From: Vulcanimicrobiota bacterium | GTDB taxonomy: Bacteria > Vulcanimicrobiota > Vulcanimicrobiia > Vulcanimicrobiales > Vulcanimicrobiaceae | Length of the DNA stretch: 64,000 nucleotides | Assembly: GCA_963812155.1 (NCBI GenBank) | Contig: CAWETW010000002.1 | Location: 192,001 to 256,000, forward strand | Reading direction: 5' to 3' | Shown here: piece after piece, positions 50,761-64,000 of the stretch | How the letters are laid out: each line of letters starts with the position of its first letter | Numbering within the stretch: position 1 is the first letter of the stretch | Notes under the pieces: generated by a model | Databases searched by the model: none | What the model saw: the letters and a program-made list of their open reading frames with translations, nothing else | What the model was told of the DNA's origin: nothing | Position numbers and translations under genes: made by a program

Positions 50761-51112
50761 GAGAACGTGCACCCAATCCTGGGCCGAGTGAGGGTTTGCG
50801 TATCGCGTGACGATGCTTTGCGTATCTGCCGGCGATCGCGCGCCTTCTCGGCCACGCAATGCCCGCGCACGCTTACTGTGAGATGCCGGTCGGCCCCACG
50901 CGACCCCAAGAAGTAGAACCGCACGCGCTTGGGCACAACGGAATTTTTTTTCAGTATTTTCCTTCCGAGCTGTTCGTCATCTGCTTGATAATGAGAAGTG
51001 CGAGCACCGCGCGGCGTCCCATGACTTGCACCTAGGGGGAATCGTTCAGCGGCGACGAAGGCTCGGGCATTGCCCGGGCTACTCGTTGTCACCGCCAACG
51101 TGGAGGTCCTCG

Positions 51113-52141
51113 ATGATTCGTCGCATTTGCCGTGCGACCATTGCCGTCGCCATCGTTTCGACGGCGCTTGCCCTGGCCGCGTGCGGTGCTGGTCCATCGA
51201 ACTGGCTCTCGCCGCGCGTCGCACCGCAGTTGACCCTGGAAAATCAGGCGGGGGAGCCTGCAGGAAGCTGTCGGACCGCCTCGTGCATGTATGTCACCGA
51301 CCGCAATACCAACGCGGTTACGGTGTACGCAGAGGGCGCGGCCGGTAACGTCGCACCGCTCGAGACTATCAGCGGCTCGAATACGCTGCTGCTTAGCCCC
51401 GTTGGGATCTTCGTGGATTCCGGCCGGGCGATCCACGTCGCGAATTATGGCGGAAATACCGTGACGGTTTATGCCGCCGGTAAGACTGGCAACGTCGCGC
51501 CGACGTCCACGATCGCGGGTCCGCATACCCTCTTAAACGGTCCAGATTCAGTCGCCGTGGACGCCGGCGGTGTATCCTATGTTGCGGATTGGAGCAACAA
51601 CAGCCTAACGGTCTACAAAAAGGGTGCCCACGGTGACGTGAAGCCGATCCGCACCATTAGCGGCGGGAGCACGACGTTATCCGGTCCCGTGGGGATCGCT
51701 TTGGACGCCGCTCCCAAGTTGTACGTCGCGAACCTGGAGGCCAACTCAGTGGCCGTTTTCGCGGCGGGCGCGAAGGGCAATGTGGCGCCGGTTCAGGCCA
51801 TCAGCGGCTCGAACACGTTGCTGAACGGTCCGGGAGGCGTCGCCGTGGATACCGCTCGGAAGATCTACGTCGCCAACTCCTACGGCAACAGCGTCACCGT
51901 TTATGCCGCGGGCGCGACCGGAAATGTCGCACCGATCCGAACCATCAGTGGCGCGAACACTGGGTTGACCTATCCGACGCAGGTCGCCCTCGATGCCCAC
52001 CACTACATCTACGTTACGAACCGTGACGCTAACAGTGTGACCGTCTACGCACCGAGCGCAAAAGGCAACGTAGCGCCGGTCCGCATCCTGAGCGGTTCCA
52101 AAACGACGTTGACTTCTCCGGCTGGGATCTCGCTGCAATAA
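51113..52141 (+). CDS. NHL-repeat lipoprotein (six about 48-aa repeats)
   Basis: GGAGG SD; LAAC lipobox; six G(N/D)V(A/K)P..TISG..T.L..P.G.A.D....YV.N...N.VTVYA units. Confidence 0.9.
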   Translation: MIRRICRATIAVAIVSTALALAACGAGPSNWLSPRVAPQLTLENQAGEPAGSCRTASCMYVTDRNTNAVTVYAEGAAGNVAPLETISGSNTLLLSPVGIFVDSGRAIHVANYGGNTVTVYAAGKTGNVAPTSTIAGPHTLLNGPDSVAVDAGGVSYVADWSNNSLTVYKKGAHGDVKPIRTISGGSTTLSGPVGIALDAAPKLYVANLEANSVAVFAAGAKGNVAPVQAISGSNTLLNGPGGVAVDTARKIYVANSYGNSVTVYAAGATGNVAPIRTISGANTGLTYPTQVALDAHHYIYVTNRDANSVTVYAPSAKGNVAPVRILSGSKTTLTSPAGISLQ

Positions 52142-52195
52142 ACGCCTAGAACGCGTGGTCCGTCGGCGCAAGTAACGCAACCCGAGCAATCCCAC

Positions 52196-53320
52196 TTGAT
52201 AACGATGGGCGTCGGGTGTCTCGTCAACGCCCTGCGACGCCGGCGCGTTGACCTTCCTGCAACCGACGGCACCGAAATTGCACCGCGCCTCATACGTCCG
52301 CATCTTGGAGGCGTCGCACTCGTCAAACTTCGGCCCGCACGCATCGCAGAATGGGTCGCGGCGCTTCTCAAACGTAGTGGTAAAGCCACGAAGACAGCCG
52401 ACGGCACCTTTCGTGAGCGTCCGCTATCGGCAAAAAGTGTTTACCATGCCTTCACGCTCTTGAACGGCGCGATGCGTTTTGCGCTCCGCATGGAGCTTAT
52501 CGGCCGCAATCCGTGCGAGGCTGTGACACGGCCGAGCGTGAAGCGTTCCAACGCCAAAGCTTTTTCAGCCGATGAGGTGACTCGCCTGCTCGATGTAGCA
52601 CGTGGTACTCGTTGGGAGCCTTTTGTAACGCTCGCACTTTCGACCGGAGCGCGACGGGGCGAGCTGTGTGGCGCATCCTGGCTGGATTACGACGCTGAGA
52701 GCGGCACGCTGACGATTCGGCACTCGCTCTCGCAAACGCGCCGAGGCATTACCCTCAAAGCGACGAAAACGGGCCGCACGCGCACACTGCCACTCTCGCG
52801 CATAGCAAAAGATGCGCTGCGTTCACAAGGCGCGCTGCAGGCCCGCGAGCGCCTCGCAAACGGCGTCTCTTACCAAAACGCTGACGATGCGATCTTTGCG
52901 GATGAGATTGGCCGGCGCGTCACGCCGATGGCAGCGTCGTGCGCCTTCGAGCGGATCGCCCGCAAGGCGGGGATATCGTCGACGCGTTTGCACGACCTGC
53001 GGCATACTGCGGCAACGACGTTGCTGCTCGCGGGTGTGGATGTTCGGACCGCCGCAGGCGTTCTCGGTCACGCCTCGCCGACTATCACACTTTCGACCTA
53101 TGCGCACCTCATGCCGGAAGCGCAGCGCGAGGCCGTCGATCGCCTCGGCGAGCGCCTCGAACGGCTCGCCGCCGTCAGTTTTGACACGGCACGGCAACCG
53201 AATGGCAACCGCCTCGCCGCGAGCATTGAAAAAAGCCTGCAAATACAGGCCATTTCTGGTAGCGCCAACGGGAATCGAACCCGTCTTTCCGCCTTGAAAG
53301 GGCGATGTCCTAACCGATAG
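52196..53320 (+). pseudogene. Tyrosine integrase lacking the N-terminal arm-binding region
   Basis: TGARRGE, KT, HDLRH, LGH, TYAH catalytic residues intact; recognisable homology starts only at about 52286 (RLIRPHLG); no SD for the upstream TTG/ATG. Confidence 0.85.
53229..53250 (-). terminator. Intrinsic terminator after tRNA-Glu
   Basis: Minus strand gcctg-tatttg-caggc followed by six T. Confidence 0.65.
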
Positions 53321-53331
53321 ACGATGGCGCC
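53257..53331 (-). tRNA. tRNA-Glu (anticodon UUC)
   Basis: GGCGCCATCGTCTATCGGTTAGGACATCGCCCTTTCAAGGCGGAAAGACGGGTTCGATTCCCGTTGGCGCTACCA: 7-bp acceptor stem, CT-TTC-AA loop, GGTTCGATTCC T-arm, encoded CCA. Confidence 0.97.
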
Positions 53332-53447
53332 GCGAGTGACCTCAAAACCCTAACGGCTCGCGAGTGGGATGTCAACGTCGGCGGTCGGCAGGCATCGGAC
53401 CGGCGGACGCGGCGAGGAGCGCCCCGAATCCGGGCGAAGGCGCCAGC

Positions 53448-53900
53448 GTGACCACCGACGAGCGCCGTTTCGAGGGATTCCTAGCCGAATTCGAACCGAG
53501 CGTCGCGGCCCTAGGGCGCGCCGCGGTCGCGCAGCTCCGAAAGCGGCTGCCCTCCGCCGACGTGATCGTTTACGACAACTACAATTTCTTCGTGACCGGC
53601 TTTTCACCGACCGAGCGGCCCTCCGATGCCGTGTTTTCGATCGTGATGAGTGCTAAGGGTGTCGCCCTATGTTTCCTGCAAGGCGCCGCACTCCCCGATC
53701 CGCACGGGATCCTACGCGGCTCCGGTAAAATCGTGCGCAACGTTCGCGTTCAGGCAGTCGAGGATTTCGATCGCCCCGAGCTCGCGATGCTTCTGAGCCT
53801 CGCGCTCGACAACGCACGCGTGCCGTTCGACCCGAAGCGTGACGGCCGATTCTACATCCGCTCCGTTTCGGCAAGGAAGCGACCGCGGCGCAAAACATGA
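53448..53900 (+). CDS. DUF1801 / YdhG-like protein
   Basis: VYDNYNFFVTGFSPTERPSDA.FS, LCFLQGA.LPDP.G.L.GSGK.VR. Confidence 0.8.
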   Translation: MTTDERRFEGFLAEFEPSVAALGRAAVAQLRKRLPSADVIVYDNYNFFVTGFSPTERPSDAVFSIVMSAKGVALCFLQGAALPDPHGILRGSGKIVRNVRVQAVEDFDRPELAMLLSLALDNARVPFDPKRDGRFYIRSVSARKRPRRKT

Positions 53901-54280
53901 CTGACGGCCTTCTTACACGCGAAGAGTTCGAGCGGGTCGTCGAAGAGGCGCTCGATTCCCTTCCCAAGCGGTTCGCGGAAATGGTGCACAATGTGGCAAT
54001 CACCGTCGAGGAAGAACCTACAGACGAGGATCTCGAGAGCATCGACGACGACTCCGACGAATATGACGAAGATTCGGAGTTGCTCGGAATCTATCGCGGC
54101 GTGGCGCTCACCGAACGCACGCATGACGACCCTTTGATACCCGATGAGATCGCGATCTTCCGCGGTCCGATCAATCGCGTCGCGCAAACGCGGCGTGAAG
54201 CCGTCGAAGAAGTACGCGAGACGGTAATTCACGAGTTGGGACACTACTTCGGACTTCACGATCACGACATGCCTCACTAG
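53897..54280 (+). CDS. Minimal zincin-like metallopeptidase (DUF1025 family)
   Basis: F...V.EALD.LP, LLGIYRGV.LTER, PDEI.IFR.PI, ETVIHELGHYFG. Confidence 0.9.
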   Translation: MTDGLLTREEFERVVEEALDSLPKRFAEMVHNVAITVEEEPTDEDLESIDDDSDEYDEDSELLGIYRGVALTERTHDDPLIPDEIAIFRGPINRVAQTRREAVEEVRETVIHELGHYFGLHDHDMPH

Positions 54281-54335
54281 GCGAATCCGGTCCGGCACGA
54301 TCACTCACGACGTTACAGAGAGGCTCTACCCAAAC

Positions 54336-54578
54336 ATGGACGACGCAAAGAGACTCGCAACCGCCTTGAATGCCTTAGTAAAGTCGCCGCAGTTTTCCAA
54401 CACAAAGGCACGCGCTGCGGCGCGTCAAGAACCCGCAGTGAATTGGCCGGCGACCAAGGCGCACAACGCGGATTTCAATGCTGACGTGGACGGTTGTGAG
54501 TCGTTCGTCATGACCGACGGAAGCGTGTGCGCGTGGATGTCCGGTCAGGTTCGCTACGTCGCGCAACCGCGAGGGTAG
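54336..54578 (+). CDS. Hypothetical protein, 80 aa
   Basis: GAGG upstream of ATG; fills the gap and stops exactly at the convergent GNAT stop. Confidence 0.6.
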   Translation: MDDAKRLATALNALVKSPQFSNTKARAAARQEPAVNWPATKAHNADFNADVDGCESFVMTDGSVCAWMSGQVRYVAQPRG

Positions 54579-56877
<2,299 letters not shown>

Positions 56878-56945
56878 ACGTTCGTCGAAATACGGCTTGG
56901 CGCAGGGGTAAGCCTGCGGCGGGCGGCAAACCTGTCACCGCTTCA

Positions 56946-57728
56946 ATGCAGAGCCGGGCGCATCCGTACGGACGTCTCGCCGACGAACTCGGCGGCTCGC
57001 CGTTTTCGGCGATTCGGTACGTCGTAGAGACCGAAAGTACGAACGCGGACGCGGCGAAACTCCTCGGCGACGACCGCTATCTCGGTCTCAGCATCGTCGC
57101 CGAACATCAAACCTTGGGCAGCGGTCGCAGGGGCCGGTCGTGGACGGCGTTTCCCGGCACCTCACTCCTGGTGACGACGCTCCTGCCGCGCGTGATCGCC
57201 GCTTCGGCGCTGTGGGCCGTGCCGTTTTGGGCGGCTCGCGCCGTACGCGCCGGGCTTGCAAGCCAAGGCGTCGCAACGACCATGCATTGGCCGAACGATC
57301 TGCTCGTCGCCGAGCGTGGAAAGGTTGCAGGGATCTTGTGCGTCTCGCGCGTCATCGGGAAGCGCGCGTGGGCGGCGTGCGGCGTCGGCATCAACGTCCT
57401 TCGCCGTCCCGAGGCCGACGCCGCCATCGAACCGGCGCCGGCGTATTGCGACGACCTGACGCGCGTCGACCGCGCGCGGCTGCTGTTGGGAATACTTCGC
57501 GCGTACGAAGCATCGCTCGACCTCCTTGCAGATCCACGCACCACGGCCGATCGCTGGGAAGCCGATGCCGGCCTACCCGGCGCGCACTATCGCATCCTCA
57601 AGGATGGAGAAACGACGCCGTTCGAGGCGACTGCGCTGCGAATCGCCGACGGCGGCGGCCTCGTCGTCGAACGGGACGACGGTACGGTGGAGACCATCGA
57701 TCTGGCTCACGCGCGCGCCCTGCGCTAA
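56946..57728 (+). CDS. birA: Biotin protein ligase (no N-terminal HTH)
   Basis: STN, AEHQT.GSGRRGRSW, WPNDL, KVAGIL, GVGINV. Confidence 0.9.
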   Translation: MQSRAHPYGRLADELGGSPFSAIRYVVETESTNADAAKLLGDDRYLGLSIVAEHQTLGSGRRGRSWTAFPGTSLLVTTLLPRVIAASALWAVPFWAARAVRAGLASQGVATTMHWPNDLLVAERGKVAGILCVSRVIGKRAWAACGVGINVLRRPEADAAIEPAPAYCDDLTRVDRARLLLGILRAYEASLDLLADPRTTADRWEADAGLPGAHYRILKDGETTPFEATALRIADGGGLVVERDDGTVETIDLAHARALR

Positions 57729-57733
57729 GGAGC

Positions 57734-58276
57734 CTAACTTTCTTTGCGCGCGCGCCCTAGGCGCCGCTCGCACACTTCACAGTAGTGCGGCATCTTATTG
57801 TCGGTCTCGAACACCGAATTCGAATAATACATCGCGCACCGTGCGTTGAAGCAGTGTTTGAGTCCCAGCGCGTGCCCTAATTGGTGCACCGCCTCCTTCA
57901 ACGTACGCTGAAAGAGCTGGTTCGCATCGGGTTCCTCGCCGTAAAACTGCGAACGCAAGCGGTGTAGGGAGACGACCGCGACCGCACTGCCTTCGTCCCC
58001 GTCGCCGAAGATGAAGCGATGCGACGTCTTGTAGAGATCGAGATCGGTAATCGCCAGCCGGATACCGTCCTGCTCGGGAAGCGTCCGCAATAATTTCGAC
58101 GTCAGCGTCGACAGAAACAGCTGCTTGCGCGCCGGATTGAGCGCGCTGCGCGTCACGGCGAGCGATCGTTCGACGCGAACGCTCGTCAAAAACCGCTCTT
58201 CGACGCAAAGCGCCAGGCGGTCGAGGAATTCCGAATCGATGGCATTGACGGGAACGATGCGAATCGGGCCGCTCAT
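57734..58276 (-). CDS. Archaemetzincin-like zinc protein (catalytic Glu replaced by Gln)
   Basis: NPARKQ, DLY....FIFG, AVVS..RL, KEAVHQLGHALGLKHC...CAMYYS...D.K...C..C. Confidence 0.88.
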   Translation of the reverse strand: MSGPIRIVPVNAIDSEFLDRLALCVEERFLTSVRVERSLAVTRSALNPARKQLFLSTLTSKLLRTLPEQDGIRLAITDLDLYKTSHRFIFGDGDEGSAVAVVSLHRLRSQFYGEEPDANQLFQRTLKEAVHQLGHALGLKHCFNARCAMYYSNSVFETDNKMPHYCEVCERRLGRARKES

Positions 58277-58368
58277 CTCGCCGGCCGTGCTTCGCCGCCG
58301 TCGTCCGGAAAACTTGCGGGTTCTCCCGCGCGGGACAAACTGCGGCACGTTAAGAACTCGTTATCGCA

Positions 58369-58731
58369 ATGATCGTCGGAGTCGGGTTCGACCTCGCGGA
58401 GGTCGATCGTTACCGTTTCGCACCGCGCGCGTTGCAATGGTTTTCGCGTAAGATCTATACGGAAACCGAGATGGCCTACGCAATGCGCAAGCGCAACTGG
58501 GCCGAACGCCTCGCCGGCTTTTTTGCCGCCAAGGAAGCGACGCGAAAAGCCTTCGGCCATGCCATTCCCTGGCGCCAAGTCGGCGTCGGCCACGAGCGCA
58601 GCGGCAAGCCGACGATCGAACTGCTGGGCGAGGCACATCGCCTGCTCGCCGCGCGCGGGGTGCGCTCGATTCATCTCTCGATCACGCACACGGCCGCAAC
58701 CGCGGCGGCCGTCGTGATTCTCGAAGCGTGA
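58369..58731 (+). CDS. acpS: Holo-[acyl-carrier-protein] synthase
   Basis: MIVGVGFDL.EV.R, FAAKEA..KAFG, GKP, HLSITH..AAAVVILE. Confidence 0.93.
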   Translation: MIVGVGFDLAEVDRYRFAPRALQWFSRKIYTETEMAYAMRKRNWAERLAGFFAAKEATRKAFGHAIPWRQVGVGHERSGKPTIELLGEAHRLLAARGVRSIHLSITHTAATAAAVVILEA

Positions 58732-60254
58732 TCTACGTTCTCACCCCCGAGCAGATGCGCGCCGCCGACGCGGCGGCAATTGCAGCACGGGGCGAGGACG
58801 CGCTCATGCGCGACGCCGGCCGACAAGTCGCCCGGACGCTGCGCGAACTCGAAACCGGCGCCCAGCGCATCGTCGCGTTTGCCGGACCGGGCAACAACGG
58901 TGGCGATGCATTTGCCGCACTGGCGGAACTCGCGACGGATTTCGAATGCGTCGTCCACGCCGACGACGGCGTGACGCGTTCCGCGGCCCGAGCGGCTGCG
59001 GAGCAACGGGCACGGAGCGCCGGCGTGCAAGTTCGTCCATTGCCTAGCGGTGAGGACGCCGCGCGCGCCGCGCTCGAGGGCGCGATCGCCGTGGATGCGC
59101 TGTTCGGCACGGGCGCGCGGCTGCCGCTCGCGGAGCCGTACCGTGACCTCGCGCGCGCACTCGACGCGCGCGAACGCCCCGTCATCGCGATCGACATTCC
59201 GAGCGGCATCGACGCGCTGACCGGTGCCGTAAGTAGCGACGCCGTGCGCGCGAGCGTCACCGTGACGATCGGCGCCGCCAAACCAGGACTCTTTCTCGAT
59301 CCGGCGCGCGACTGCGTCGGCGAACTGTGGTATGCGCCGATCGGCATCGACGAGGCCATTCTGGCGGCGCAGCCGCGAACGTTTGCAGCGCTCGACGACG
59401 ATGCGTTCGTGCGTTTGCTTCCTGGGCGAAAGGCGGAGTCCGATAAACGCGCTTCGGGGGCGCCGCTCGTCATCGCCGGTTCGGCGCAGTTCCCAGGCGC
59501 CGCCGTCCTCTGCGCGCGCGCCGCAGCGCGCGCCGGCGCCGGCTACGTGACGGTCGCCGCTCCCCGCGGCGTTGCCAACGTGTTGCGCGCGCATCTCGTC
59601 GAACAGGTCGTCGTCGAGCTGTCCGACGATGCGCCGGCCGGCGACGTCGTCGACGATTTGCTCGACATCGCAAAGCGGAATGGGTCGGTCGCAATCGGTC
59701 CGGGTCTCGGGCTCGACGAGCGCACGGGCGCGATCGTGACCGGGTTCCTGGCACGCAATACGCTGCCGGCGGTGATCGACGCCAGCGCACTCTTTCATCT
59801 CGCAAAGCACCTCGAGATTCTACGCGGCAAACCTGCGGTCGTGACGCCGCACGCCGGCGAGTTCGCACGGCTCTCCGGAAAAGGCACGATACGCGAGAGC
59901 GAACGCGTCGCTCGAATTCGCGATTTCGTCGATCGAACGGGCATCGTGACGTTGCTGAAGGGCCGCGATACGTTGATCTATGACGGCACCACGATGCACC
60001 TCAATGCCACCGGAACCAACGTGTTGGCGACGGCCGGAACCGGCGACGTACTGACGGGCGTCATCGCAACGCTGGCGTCGCAAGGGCTCGCGATTGTCGA
60101 CGCCGCCTGCGCCGGAGCCTATTGGCACGGTCTCGCCGGCAAATGCGCGGGCGAATATCGCTGCGTGGGCGTCGTCGCGGGCGACGTCATCGACGCGCTC
60201 GCCGACGCGCTTCCCAACGGCGAACCCAACGACGATTTGCGCCGCGTGTTTTAA
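58728..60254 (+). CDS. nnr: Bifunctional NAD(P)H-hydrate epimerase/dehydratase
   Basis: GPGNNGGD, DALFGTG, DIPSG, IGPGLG, VIDASAL, TPHAGEFARL, LATAGTGDVLTG. Confidence 0.95.
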   Translation: MIYVLTPEQMRAADAAAIAARGEDALMRDAGRQVARTLRELETGAQRIVAFAGPGNNGGDAFAALAELATDFECVVHADDGVTRSAARAAAEQRARSAGVQVRPLPSGEDAARAALEGAIAVDALFGTGARLPLAEPYRDLARALDARERPVIAIDIPSGIDALTGAVSSDAVRASVTVTIGAAKPGLFLDPARDCVGELWYAPIGIDEAILAAQPRTFAALDDDAFVRLLPGRKAESDKRASGAPLVIAGSAQFPGAAVLCARAAARAGAGYVTVAAPRGVANVLRAHLVEQVVVELSDDAPAGDVVDDLLDIAKRNGSVAIGPGLGLDERTGAIVTGFLARNTLPAVIDASALFHLAKHLEILRGKPAVVTPHAGEFARLSGKGTIRESERVARIRDFVDRTGIVTLLKGRDTLIYDGTTMHLNATGTNVLATAGTGDVLTGVIATLASQGLAIVDAACAGAYWHGLAGKCAGEYRCVGVVAGDVIDALADALPNGEPNDDLRRVF

Positions 60255-60329
60255 GGTCGCTAAAGGGTTTCCGCTTGGGGGCAGGAAGGGCGCCCGCACC
60301 TACTCGACGTCATTTTTATCGGGGGAACC

Positions 60330-64000
<3,671 letters not shown>

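Larger units (their letters stand above)
50609..53279. mobile_element. Minimal tRNA-Glu-integrated element (about 2.65 kb): att ends, NHL lipoprotein, truncated integrase
   Basis: Terminal 23-bp direct repeats; matching arm-type repeats acGGCAACCGnnTGGCAACCGc at 50739-50760 and 53191-53212; integrase abutting the tRNA. Confidence 0.88.

Noticed and set aside
51290..52138. 144-bp periodic DNA repeats (and similar periodicity at 46600-47660)
   Set aside because: In-frame NHL and GloVer protein repeats, not an array or a DGR template

Overview
GC-rich bacterial chromosome window. The many secreted NHL-repeat, GloVer-repeat and phosphoesterase lipoproteins suggest Ca. Eremiobacterota/Vulcanimicrobiota (inference only). 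The right end (about 53.4-64 kb) is housekeeping: eno, ndk, birA, acpS, nnr, ligA and the 3' part of uvrA. A tRNA-Glu(UUC) at 53257-53331 (-) marks the edge of a long accessory region rich in exported proteins, which also carries a xanthine dehydrogenase-family operon, a multicopper oxidase, ChrA, TMEM175 and an ABC-F ATPase. The most notable structure is layered integration. (i) A 2.65-kb element at tRNA-Glu has intact att core and arm repeats, a 5'-truncated tyrosine integrase and one NHL lipoprotein. (ii) A second integrase stub with a different arm repeat sits directly beside it, and a third tRNA-Glu-like att core lies about 29 kb away at 21687. (iii) Two integrase-free cargo blocks inside that span are each bounded by a direct repeat copied from the 3' part of the gene on their left (22 bp exact; 203 bp at 95% identity). 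Four genes carry +1 frameshifts in short homopolymers, probably sequencing errors. No CRISPR array, rRNA, IS transposase or reverse transcriptase was seen. All protein calls come from motif recognition by eye; no database was searched.
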